Shown here in pieces: positions 1-13,000 of a stretch of 64,000 nt of DNA. The stretch is from Balanoglossus misakiensis (taxonomy: Eukaryota; Animalia; Hemichordata): positions 5,384,783-5,448,782 of the forward strand of contig CM082580.2 in NCBI GenBank assembly GCA_040954595.2, in the 5' to 3' direction. Under the pieces are notes generated by a model that was given only the letters and a program-made list of their open reading frames with translations, did no database searches and was not told where the DNA came from. The translations under genes and the position numbers were made by a program. Each line of letters opens with the position of its first letter. Position 1 is the stretch's first letter.

Positions 1-3000
1 GCAAAGTCGAAAAACTGTCATTTTTTGATGATTTTCATGAGCTATAACCCATGATTTTTGTGAAAAATGGCCAAATTTTGAAAATTCGCAAAGTCGAAAA
101 ATTGTCATTTTTTGATGATTTTCATGAGCTATAACCCATGATTTTTGTGAAAAATGGCCAAATTTTGAAAATTCGCAAAGTCGAAAAACTGTCATTTTTT
201 GATGATTTTCCTGAGCTATAACCCATGATTTTTGTGAAAAATGGCCAAATTTTGAAAATTTGCAAAGTCGAAAAATTGTCATTTTCTGATGATTTTCATG
301 AGCTATAACCCATGATTTTTGTGAAAAATGGCCAAATTTTGAAAATTCGCAAAGTCGAAAAACTGTCATTTTTTGATGATTTTCATGAGCTATAACCCAT
401 GATTTTTGTGAAAAATGGCCAAATTTTGAAAATTCGCAAAGTCGAAAAATTGTCATTTTTTGATGATTTTCATGAGCTATAACCCATGATTTTTGTGAAA
501 AATGGCCAAATTTTGAAAATTTGCAAAGTCGAAAAATTGTCATTTTCTGATGATTTTCATGAGCTATAACCCATGATTTTTGTGAAAAATGGCCAAATTT
601 TGAAAATTCGCAAAGTCGAAAAACTGTCATTTTTTGATGATTTTCATGAGCTATAACCCATGATTTTTTGTGAAAAATGGCCAAATTTTGAAAACTCGCA
701 AAGTCGAAAAATTGTCATTTTTTGATGATTTTCATGAGCTATAACCCATGATTTTTTGTGAAAAATGGCCAAATTTTGAAAATTCGCAAAGTCGAAAAAG
801 TGTCATTTTTTGATGATTTTCATGAGCTATAACCCATGATTTTTGTAAAAAATGGCCAAATTTTGAAAATTCGCAAAGTCGAAAAATTGTCATTTATGAT
901 GATTTTCATGAGCTATAACCCATGATTTTTGTGAAAAATGGCCAAATTTTGAAAATTCGCAAAGTCGAAAAATTGTCATTTCCTGATGATTTTCATGAGC
1001 TATAACCCATGATTTTTTGTGAAAAATGGCCAAATTTTGAAAATTCGCAAAGTCGAAAAATTGTCATTTTTTGATGATTTTCATGAGCTATAACCCATGA
1101 TTTTTGTGAAAAATGGCCAAATTTTGAAAATTCGCAAAGTCGAAAAACTGTCATTTTTTGATGATTTTCATGAGCTATAACCCATGATTTTTGTGAAAAA
1201 TGGCCAAATTTTGAAAATTCGCAAAGTCGAATAATTGTCACTATTTGATGATTTTCATGAGCTATAACCCATGATTTTTTGTGAAAAATGGCCAAATTTT
1301 GAAAACTCGCAAAGTCGAAAATTTGTCATTTTTTGATGATTTTCATGAGCTATAACCCATGATTTTTGTGAAAAATGGCCAAATTTTGAAAATTCGCAAA
1401 GTCGAAAAATTGTCATTTTTTGATGATTTTCATGAGCTATAACCCATGATTTTTGTGAAAAATGGCCAAATTTTGAAAATTCGCAAAGTCGAAAAATTGT
1501 CATTTTTTGATGATTTTCATGAGCTATAACCCATGATTTTTGTGAAAAATTGCCAAATTTTGAAAATTCGCAAAGTCGAAAAACTGTCATTTTTTGATGA
1601 TTTTCATGAGCTATAACCCATGATTTTTGTAAAAAATGGCCAAATTTTGAAAATTCGCAAAGTCGAAAAATTGTCATTTTTTGATGATTTCCATGAGCTA
1701 TAACCCATGATTTTTTGTGGAAAATGGCCAAATTTTGGAAAATCGGAAAGTCGAAAAACTGTCATTTTTTGATGATTTTCATGAGCTATAACCCCTTGAT
1801 TTTTGTAAAAAATGGCCAAATTTTGAAAATTCGCAAAGTCGAAAAATTGTCATTTTTTGATGATTTTCATGAGCTATAACCCATGATTTTTGTGAAAAAT
1901 GGCCAAATTTTGAAAATTCGCAAAGTCGAAAAACTGTCATTGTTTGATGATTTTCCTGAGCTATAACCCATGATTTTTGTGAAAAATGGCCAAATTTTGA
2001 AAATTTGCAAAGTCGAAAAATTGTCATTTTTTGATGATTTTCATGAGCTATAACCCATGATTTTTGTGAAAAATGGCCAAATTTTGAAAATTCGCAAAGT
2101 CGAAAAATGTCATTTTTTGATGATTTTCATGAGCTATAACCCATGATTTTTGTGAAAAATGGCCAAATTTTGAAAATTCGCAAATCGAAAAATGTCATTT
2201 TTTGATGATTTTCATGAGCTATAACCCATGATTTTTTGTGAAAAATGGCCAAATTTTGAAAACTCGCAAAGTCGAAATATTGTCATTTTTTGATGTTTTT
2301 CATGAGCTATAAGCCATGATTTTTTGTGAAAAATGGCCAAATTTTGAAAACTCGCAAAGTCGAAAAATTGTCATTTTTTGATGATTTTCATGAGCTATAA
2401 CCCATGATTTTTTGTGAAAAATGGCCAAATTTTGAAAATTCGCAAAGTCGAAAAAGTGTCATTTTTTGATGATTTTCATGAGCTATAACCCATGATTTTT
2501 GTAAAAAATGGCCAAATTTTGAAAATTCGCAAAGTCGAAAAATTGCCATTTTCTGATGATTTTCATGAGCTATAACCCATGATTTTTTGTGAAAAATGGC
2601 CAAATTTTGAAAATTCGCAAAGTCGAAAAATTGTCATTTTTTGATGATTTTCATGAGCTATAACCCATGATTTTTGTGAAAAATGGCCAAATTTTGAAAA
2701 TTCGCAAAGTCGAAAAATTGTCATTTTTTGATGATTTTCATGAGCTATAACCCATGATTTTTGTGAAAAATGGCCAAATTTTGAAAATTCGCAAAGTCGA
2801 AAAACTGTCATTTTTTGATGATTTTCATGAGCTATAACCCATGATTTTTTGTGAAAAATGGCCAAATTTTGAAAACTCGCAAAGTCGAAAAATTGTCATT
2901 TTTTGATGATTTTCATGAGCTATAACCCATGATTTTTTGTGAAAAATGGCCAAATTTTGAAAATTCGCAAAGTCGAAAAAGTGTCATTTTTTGATGATTT

Positions 3001-6000
3001 TCATGAGCTATAACCCATGATTTTTGTAAAAAATGGCCAAATTTTGAAAATTCGCAAAGTCGAAAAATTGTCATTTTTTGATGATTTTCCTGAGCTATAA
3101 CCCATGATTTTTGTGAAAAATGGCCAAATTTTGAAAATTCGCAAAGTCGAAAAATTGTCATTTTCTGATGATTTTCATGAGCTATAACCCATGATTTTTT
3201 GTGAAAAATGGCCAAATTTGAAAATTCGCAAAGTCGAAAAATTGTCATTTTTTGATGATTTTCATGAGCTATAACCCATGATTTTTGTGAAAAATGGCCA
3301 AATTTTGAAAATTCGCAAAGTCGAAAAATTGTCATTTTTTGATGATTTCCATGAGCTATAACCCATGATTTTTTGTGAAAAATGGCCAAATTTTGAAAAT
3401 TCGCAAAGTCCAAAAACTGTCATTTTTTGATGATTTTCATGAGCTATAACCCATGATTTTTGTGAAAAATGGCCAAATTTTGAAAATTCGCAAAGTCGAA
3501 AAATTGTCATTTTTTGATGATTTTCATGAGCTATAACCCATGATTTTTTGTGAAAAATGGCCAAATTTTGAAAATTCGCAAAGTCGAAAAATTGTCATTT
3601 TTTGATGATTTTCATGAGCTATAACCCATGATTTTTGTGAAAAATGGCCAAATTTTGAAAATTCGCAAAGTCGAAAAACTGTCATTTTTTGATGATTTTC
3701 ATGAGCTATAACCCATGATTTTTTGTGAAAAATGGCCAAATTTTGAAAACTCGCAAAGTCGAAAAATTGTCATTTTTTGATGATTTTCATGAGCTATAAC
3801 CCATGATTTTTTGTGAAAAATGGCCAAATTTTGAAAATTCGCAAAGTCGAAAAATTGTCATTTTTTGATGATTTTCATGAGCTATAACCCATGATTTTTG
3901 TGAAAAATGGCCAAATTTTGAAAATTCGCAAAGTCGAAAAATTGTCATTTTCTGATGATTTTCATGAGCTATAACCCATGATTTTTTGTGAAAAATGGCC
4001 AAATTTTGAAAATTCGCAAAGTCGAAAAATTGTCATTTTTTGATGATTTTCATGAGCTATAACCCATGATTTTTGTGAAAAATGGCCAAATTTTTAAAAT
4101 TCGCAAAGTCGAAAAATTGTCATTTTCTGATGATTTTCATGAGCTATAACCCATGATTTTTTGTGAAAAATGGCCAAATTTTGAAAATTCGCAAAGTCGA
4201 AAAATTGTCATTTTTTGATGATTTTCATGAGCTATAACCCATGATTTTTTGTGAAAAATGGCCAAATTTTGAAAATTCGCAAAGTCGAAAAATTGTCATT
4301 TTTTGATGATTTTCATGAGCTATAACCCATGATTTTTTGTGAAAAATGGCCAAATTTTGAAAATTCGCAAAGTCGAAAAATTGTCATTTTCTGATGATTT
4401 TCATGAGCTATAACCCATGATTTTTTGTGAAAAATGGCCAAATTTTGAAAACTCGCAAAGTCGAAAAATTGTCATTTTTTGATGATTTTCATGAGCTATA
4501 ACCCATGATTTTTGTGAAAAATGGCCAAATTTTGAAAATTCGCAAAGTCCAAAAATTGCCATTTTCTGATGATTTTCATGAGCTATAACCCATGATTTTT
4601 GTGAAAAAATGGCCAAATTTTGAAAATTCGCAAAGTCGAAAAATTGTCATTTTTTGATGATTTTCATGAGCTATAACCCATGATTTTTGTGAAAAATTGC
4701 CAAATTTTGAAAATTCGCAAAGTCGAAAAATTGTCATTTTTTGATGATTTTCATGAGCTATAACCCATGATTTTTGTGAAAAATGGCCAAATTTTGAAAA
4801 TTCGCAAAGTCGAAAAATTGTCATTTTCTGATGATTTTCATGAGCTATAACCCATGATTTTTTGTGAAAAATGGCCCAATTTTGAAAATTCGCAAAGTCG
4901 AAAAATTGTCATTTTTTGATGATTTTCATGAGCTATAACCCATGATTTTTGTGAAAAATGGCCAAATTTTGAAAATTCGCAAAGTCGAAAAACTGTCATT
5001 TTTTGATGATTTTCATGAGCTATAACCCATGATTTTTGTGAAAAATGGCCAAATTTTGAAAATTCGCAAAGTCGAAAAATGTCATTTTTTGATGATTTTC
5101 ATGAGCTATAACCCATGATTTTTTGTGAAAAATGGCCAAATTTTGAAAACTCGCAAAGTCGAAAAATTGTCATTTTTTGATGATTTTCATGAGCTATAAC
5201 CCATGATTTTTTGTGAAAAATGGCCAAATTTTGAAAATTCGCAAAGTCGAAAAATTGTCATTTTTTGATGATTTTCATGAGCTATAACCCATGATTTTTG
5301 TGAAAAATGGCCAAATTTTGAAAATTCGCAAAGTCGAAAAATTGTCATTTTCTGATGATTTTCATGAGCTATAACCCATGATTTTTTGTGAAAAATGGCC
5401 AAATTTTGAAAATTCGCAAAGTCGAAAAATTGTCATTTTTTGATGATTTTCATGAGCTATAACCCATGATTTTTGTGAAAAATGGCCAAATTTTTAAAAT
5501 TCGCAAAGTCGAAAAATTGTCATTTTCTGATGATTTTCATGAGCTATAACCCATGATTTTTTGTGAAAAATGGCCAAATTTTGAAAATTCGCAAAGTCGA
5601 AAAATTGTCATTTTTTGATGATTTTCATGAGCTATAACCCATGATTTTTTGTGAAAAATGGCCAAATTTTGAAAATTCGCAAAGTCGAAAAATTGTCATT
5701 TTTTGATGATTTTCATGAGCTATAACCCATGATTTTTTGTGAAAAATGGCCAAATTTTGAAAATTCGCAAAGTCGAAAAATTGTCATTTTCTGATGATTT
5801 TCATGAGCTATAACCCATGATTTTTTGTGAAAAATGGCCAAATTTTGAAAACTCGCAAAGTCGAAAAATTGTCATTTTTTGATGATTTTCATGAGCTATA
5901 ACCCATGATTTTTGTGAAAAATGGCCAAATTTTGAAAATTCGCAAAGTCCAAAAATTGCCATTTTCTGATGATTTTCATGAGCTATAACCCATGATTTTT

Positions 6001-7044
6001 GTGAAAAAATGGCCAAATTTTGAAAATTCGCAAAGTCGAAAAATTGTCATTTTTTGATGATTTTCATGAGCTATAACCCATGATTTTTGTGAAAAATTGC
6101 CAAATTTTGAAAATTCGCAAAGTCGAAAAATTGTCATTTTTTGATGATTTTCATGAGCTATAACCCATGATTTTTGTGAAAAATGGCCAAATTTTGAAAA
6201 TTCGCAAAGTCGAAAAATTGTCATTTTCTGATGATTTTCATGAGCTATAACCCATGATTTTTTGTGAAAAATGGCCCAATTTTGAAAATTCGCAAAGTCG
6301 AAAAATTGTCATTTTTTGATGATTTTCATGAGCTATAACCCATGATTTTTGTGAAAAATGGCCAAATTTTGAAAATTCGCAAAGTCGAAAAACTGTCATT
6401 TTTTGATGATTTTCATGAGCTATAACCCATGATTTTTGTGAAAAATGGCCAAATTTTGAAAATTCGCAAAGTCGAAAAATGTCATTTTTTGATGATTTTC
6501 ATGAGCTATAACCCATGATTTTTTGTGAAAAATGGCCAAATTTTGAAAATTCGCAAAGTCGAAAAATTGTCATTTTTTGATGATTTTCATGAGCTATAAC
6601 CCATGATTTTTGTGAAAAATGGCCAAATTTTGAAAATTCGCAAAGTCGAAAAATTGTCATTTTTTGATGATTTTCATGAGCTATAACCCATGATTTTTGT
6701 AAAATGGCCAAATTTTGAAAATTTGCAAAGTCGAAAAATTGTCATTTTTTGATGATTTTCATGAGCTATAAGCCATGATTTTTTGTGAAAAATGGCCATA
6801 TTTTGAAAACTCGCAAAGTCGAACAATTGTCATTTTTTGATGATTTTCATGAGCTATAACCCATGATTTTTTGTGAAAAATGGCCAAATTTTGAATATTC
6901 GCAAAGTCGAAAAATTGTCATTTTTGATGATTTTCATTAGCTATAACCCATGATTTTTTGTAAAAAATGGCCAAATTTCGAAAATTCGCAAAGTCGAAAA
7001 TGTGTTATTTTTTGATGATTTTCATGAGCTATAACCCATGATTT
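1..7044. repeat. AT-rich satellite DNA array, 87-88 bp monomer (~80 copies visible; continues beyond window start)
   Basis: Monomer GCAAAGTCGAAAAATTGTCATTTTTTGATGATTTTCATGAGCTATAACCCATGATTTTTGTGAAAAATGGCCAAATTTTGAAAATTC repeats head-to-tail. Length varies mainly in the T/A homopolymer runs. The last monomers (~6700-7044) are more diverged, and the array ends abruptly at ~7044. Confidence 0.98.
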
Positions 7045-10000
7045 CAATGGGGATAAGATAATGAACACAAGTAACTCAATATGAGTAGGTCGACTCTTTA
7101 ATTTTAGGACGTTGCAAAACGTGTGTCAAATTTATGCGAACACATATATGTGATATTGATGCATTAGTGTTACAGTTATCTCTAAAACATACATCATTCG
7201 AACCGCTCGATGGCACAGATACAAAATTGACCACACCCCAAAGGACGCAAAAACCGCGGCGTTAAATTTCAGCGATGTCCCTCTTTAATACACCAACCGT
7301 GCGACTGAGGTATCTCTATAGGTGATTGTAAAAACTATATTACAAAATCTTGAAGAATGGTACATTGGCTGATTTAAGACAGCCAGCAAAATCGCGCCAT
7401 AAATCGCAGACGACAACAGAGCTCCCGCGCTTTGTGATTTGTTGACAGACCTTGGATGGAGTTGACGAGCGTTGACTAGGCTGCTCGGCGCGGAAGACGA
7501 GTCACGAGCACGGTCGTCGGTGTAATCAATATTTTAGATCGGCGAGGCGGAAAAGAGGGTTTCCTCCAAATCCACCGTGTCGAACACGTTGACTGCATTG
7601 ATGATCTCTTCCAGATGAAATATTTTAGAGAAGAAACTGCAATGACACGTCCCACATTGGGATTTTTATTTTAAAGGGGTAATACTTTCTGCTGTATTTG
7701 ATTTTTAGGAAAACATTCGAGTTGACAAACTTGGGTCCTTAAAAACTCATAATTACAGATGTGAAATATTTTAATATATGTTTCTTTCTCATACGCCATG
7801 GTCACGCTTCATTATACGCTCAAATGTAAAGCTGTTATTAGATTTTACCTATCATACAATTTTCACAACGCGCGTTATCGAATCGGGCGAACAGTAATCT
7901 ATTTTGTGGAGAGAAAAACAACAAGATTCGCCGTAAGTATGCCTTTGGGATCGAATTCAAATAACTGCAAATGCTCCGTGACAGACGCATGACAACATGA
8001 GGAGAGATAGCTCTCCCAAAAGAGCCCATCGAACGATTGAAGGAGCGAAGAGAACGAACAGATAATGTTTGCAGTTCACTGACTAATCCAATTATACATT
8101 TGCATACAAAATTCGTGTCCAAACAGCAGAGTTTAAGTAAAGCTCTGAACATGTAGCACACAGGTAACACTGAACTATTTTCCGATTATGATTGCGATAA
8201 CCGTTTTTAGTAGCAGTGTTCTTTTCCCGCCAAAATTTGTGCATATTTTTTTTTATTTATTCTGATTTATTATCAATCACGTCAAATGGACTTAGTGAGG
8301 CTAGTGTTAATTAGACCGTGACTATACGCGAAAGTTATTCTGATTCATGTGAACACAGAAAGTAAACGTCACCCGGGAGAAAACACGGTTGGAGATTTTG
8401 ATACAATAATTAAAATAATTAAAGGGACATTAGCTGTGAATTATTTGGCTTCATTTTCAGTATTTTCTTTCTGTGCCAAATGCAATTTCTTGCTATACTC
8501 AAACCACTATGCTAATATACCCAGCACTCTGCTTGTCAACGTAGCCTGTATGTGTGTAACGACCATTGCTACTGTTGACATATGAATTCTAGTCCGGACT
8601 TTAATTCAAATTTTGCGCATTAACAATTCTGACTATACACATATAGGTTTTGTTAATGAGCTCGATAATGGGCCGTTCATCATACTTCAGGGAGTTGAAC
8701 AACAAACTGCATTAGATACCCACACAAAAAACTGAGAACATACCGAAAAGATTCAAATAAGGGCACTTTAAACGTTCGTCTGAGATCGGTTGGTCGGCAG
8801 CTCGTCGGTCGGATATTCTATATGTAATATCTTAGAACATTTGAAATTCAACTGGCGTCATCGTGCGTTAGTTTAAAACCCTTGTTTCCCCCTGTGCCGG
8901 TTCGGACAATCTGTTTCAACTGGCTGTTGCCACTTCAGCGCGTAACTCAGGTCAATAAGGTCATCTTTAGAATATGTGTTTGTTTTTACTTCACTAACGT
9001 TTCATATGGTATTCTGACTTGGTAAAATACCACACAGCCGTTGTTTGTTGTTACTTCAATATCGGCGTCGCCAAAATCACCATAATATTCAACGCCAAGA
9101 ACTGCTCTTTTTGCTATAACTGTTTATATTATCTCTTAGGAAAATTATTTTCATTGAACGATTTCCAAAGAATTCGAAATCACTGCATAGCACTGATTAA
9201 CATGCGTGTTTCAGGGCAGGTATTTTTTTTCAACAACAGCGACACAAACCTCGATCGAGTAGGCGTAACCCTGGGAAATATTGGAGTCAGCAAGACTTGG
9301 TCGCTTAAAAGACCCTGATCGATTTAATAATGCATTCGAGAGAATCGATTTCGGGCGACTTTAGTGATGTAATCTTCTGTTAGTGAATTGCTTTGCTATG
9401 ATCCACCGACCCGGCCACTTTTAATACCATCCCACACCCCATTATTTTTTTGTTTGCTGGTATTTCCACAAGACGTTAGTTGCAAAGGGAAAACGTTCCG
9501 CAAACACTTAGCGCTAATAACGCAGACCTGATGTGTGGACACGTCTGGTAATGCTGTGTCTCGCGGTGATAAATTCAATTATGCGCCATCTATAGTCATC
9601 AGCTTTGAGCAAATTTAATTAGATCGCGCTGGCTGAATTATCCGCCAAAAGAGAAAGAGCGTCTGAATTGCAGATTTCCCTGTTAAAAAGAAGCCCCCGA
9701 GAGCAGGATATATCGCTTTATAATCCCATTCACACCTACCTCCAGCCGTGTTATTTTCCCCCTCCCGTCGATCCGTTGCTATCAAAGTCGCCCCATCTCT
9801 TTTAGAGATAGCAGGTTACTTGCCCACGTAAGGCGAGAAGCACTCCTGCGGTGGATTTTGCTATCGAGCGTGCGCGCGCAGCAGAGACTCGAGGCGGGTC
9901 GTATATACATGCGAAAAACAACGTGATTCGGGTCTTAAGGATGCGACACACGAAACAGAACATTTCAGGAATTGTAGTTTTCTGAGAATAAATCGAAGCC

Positions 10001-13000
10001 CTAAACCCAAGAAGCATATATTTTCTTTAATCCCTGCTATACGGGAACCCGGTCGTGTACAGTACATAACCACTATATCTTGTGACCACTGTATCAATAT
10101 GTATTGGTTAATGTATATATGATCGGGGTCCCTTTTATCTGGATACTTTTGGGGGTTAGCTGACAGAAAATTACGATTCCTGTAAACCTCTGTTTTGTAT
10201 ATGTCGCATCTGTAAGAATATTCAATTTTTGCTGTCGGTGTAGGCTAATCTGGATTCCGATCTGAGGTCTCACCCACGTCTTTTTCAAATCCCCCAGTTG
10301 GCTTGTGGCGGATCAGTTTGGCGAAAGCTCCGATCAGCTTTCTGCCATAATTCAGGATCTATTGGGAAATACTATAGGCTACAGTCGTTGACGCTACACT
10401 CAAATCTGTTGCAGGTATACGTATATACTCTCGCCCTTGAACTGTTTAAACTGGCGAGACAGTTGACCGTACCGCGGCGGATGATTTGCAATCATCAAGC
10501 CACAAACCAATATCCTCATGATAAATAATGCCCGGACGATCACAGTTACACAAAATCACCATATGTCTCCACGTCATCTGCAATTGAAGGCTTTAATACA
10601 CACATTTGTAGTATCATGCATGTATAAACCAAGGCAAGACGTCGAGACCACACACAGACAGGGCCGGCCAAAAGCCGCGCCATCGCAAAACAGTCACGTG
10701 GGATTCTTCGGCAAATTTATCGTGTAGATCTCGCTTTTATTTCCACTGAAACTTGAAAAATGACCGAACTTTACAATGTGATGAAGTAGATTGTATTGAA
10801 TCCGCATACGTGTTGACGTAAAGGGCAATATGTAACACTTCTGTTGCTGAAAGTCATATACGATATAACCAGCAAATTGCCATGTCGGTGTTACAAAATT
10901 GGTTGTGGGCGTATTTTGAAATGAAAGGTAACAAATAGGCTAAACGAACACAAAACCGACGGCTCGCCTTGTATTTCTGCCACCTTCGCGAAACAGCGAA
11001 TAAAAATAATAAAATTTTAGTTTCAAAGCAAGGATCAGTGAAATCAGGACATCATCTGATAATTTTTAAAATTCCTATTTCGCCTTCTTTTCAATCCGTT
11101 CTCGCAGTCAAACGACCATCACGAAGCGAATTTGGGCGGGAAATCACTGATTGATCGAAGATATATTGCTTGCAGAAAATTGGAGGCGGTTTGGATTTAC
11201 GAGATAACCCTCGTTAGTTTCGCCAAACACACGCAATTTATATTGAACCCTATTAAAACGTTTAGTCACATGTGGTCCCGCAAGACCATGCTGGCGTATG
11301 ATACGCTTGTTTCTCATATTTTTTTCAGTGAGGATAAAATTTTGCCACGCTCTCTCACAAAAAAAAACGTGTTCTCGACTTAAACGTCATGTGCAGCAGG
11401 CCCAAAATGACACGTTTCAGTAGGAATGTTGCTGAAAATATTTTTAAAAAATACAAGAAATTAGCGGTCATGCGCGTTGCGTGCTATTGTCGTTGATTCG
11501 GGATAACATAACACACTTTAGCGGAGCAAATATTTCAATGCTTGTCTCAAATTATGTCCATGCCCGAATTAACCTATTAGGAAAATGTGGGCATTACGTC
11601 ATAGGTCACGCGAACGGGTCGGAGTTCAAAAGGTTAACTACATGACGTTCCAGGTGTTCAGCGATGAATTACACTTAATAAACCGTGACGTGTTCATCTT
11701 CATGCGTACGTGATCATGTGACGCACACTAATGACTTATGCATAACAAATAATGATGTTCGGAGAATCGGCCATCAAAGACCGATACAATTATGACTGCC
11801 AGGGTCATGCGTGGTCGCGCCAACAAAGAATGTATACTCAACGTCAATTTTCAGCGTCAAGATCGGGTTTATGTTCCCTTTAACGAGTCGCTACAACGCT
11901 GATGGCCGTTGATTTCAAGTGCGAGTATTCGTGAACCAAAAAGGTATGTACAGAGCACCGTCCCTTTTTACTGACTTGTATGGGGTCGATGTTTTTGGCG
12001 GGAAGGGGCTTGTTTTGAAAGAAGGCGGCAAGTAATCCTTGGGATTGGGTCATTTCCATAAATCCATTTTTCTCTTGACTTCTGAATTCAAACCATCATG
12101 AACAGCCTTGGCACTTTATCGATGGCTATATATACGCGGTTTGGCTACATCGTCTGTCTCCCCTTAACACGAATTCAAACACTGTTCAAGCCTGCAATGG
12201 CATACGAGGGTCGTGTACACTCGGACACTGATGAGCAACGCTGTCCAAATATTGGAATAAAATTGCTACCGGTATACGTATCATATTCCTCATGCACAAG
12301 CTAATTGGAACATGAGCAGGCAGCGGAACAATAGCAAAGTGTTTGCACATACATTTAATATATGTACAGTTGTCTTTTTAATAACTTTACCCGCAAATAT
12401 CTCTAATGATCCACCATTGACCAAGAGGGCTAACGTTTTGAAATGCATGCGTAAATAATGAATGATTAGACACACACTTAGTGAAACAGATCGATTGTTC
12501 AAACAATGGTTTTCCACATTTGGAAAGTCCTGGGCCGTGTGTTGACCAGCGTCCAAACTATTTAATACTGTGTCTGTGAACAGTTCATCCTTAACACCGA
12601 ATAAGCTGGTGAAGTTCTAACACTCAATCCACTTATTCTCGTGTCAATTAGCTGATTACTTACACATTTTTGACTCTGTAAGATTAAGGTCGATACTAGG
12701 GGAAAACAGCCTTGTCACTGAGCACAGTGACATGATAAATATATGGCAGGAATTCCAACATAACTGAAATGATATCAAAAACGATGACTCTGTCCCTTGA
12801 AAGTTTAGCTCGATTCTGACGGCAAGTCGAATCGTCGACTTCAGCTGGCTGCATGTTGCAAACGTACGTTTTGTATACGCTTGCGTTCCTTGTGACCCAT
12901 TTGTACACGGACGTAATTTGCCGGGCGAAATCCATTAAACCGCAAAATAACGCGAGTAATCGGATAAAGTACGTCTCTAATAAAAACCTGATCTGATTAT

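Noticed and set aside
84-100. CENP-B-box-like TTCG..A..CG motif and a single telomere-like TAACCC per monomer
   Set aside because: TTCGCAAAGTCGAAA does not fit the TTCGNNNNANNCGGG spacing, and one hexamer per 87 bp is not a telomeric tract.
993-6711. Many - strand ORFs with a 29-aa repeat (FSQKSWVIAHENHQKMTIFRLCEFSKFGH)
   Set aside because: Artefact of an 87-bp (3x29) monomer that lacks stops in one frame. Frames break at every homopolymer indel.
1-7044. CRISPR-array-like regular repeat
   Set aside because: No unique spacers (the whole unit repeats), no cas genes, and a eukaryotic context.
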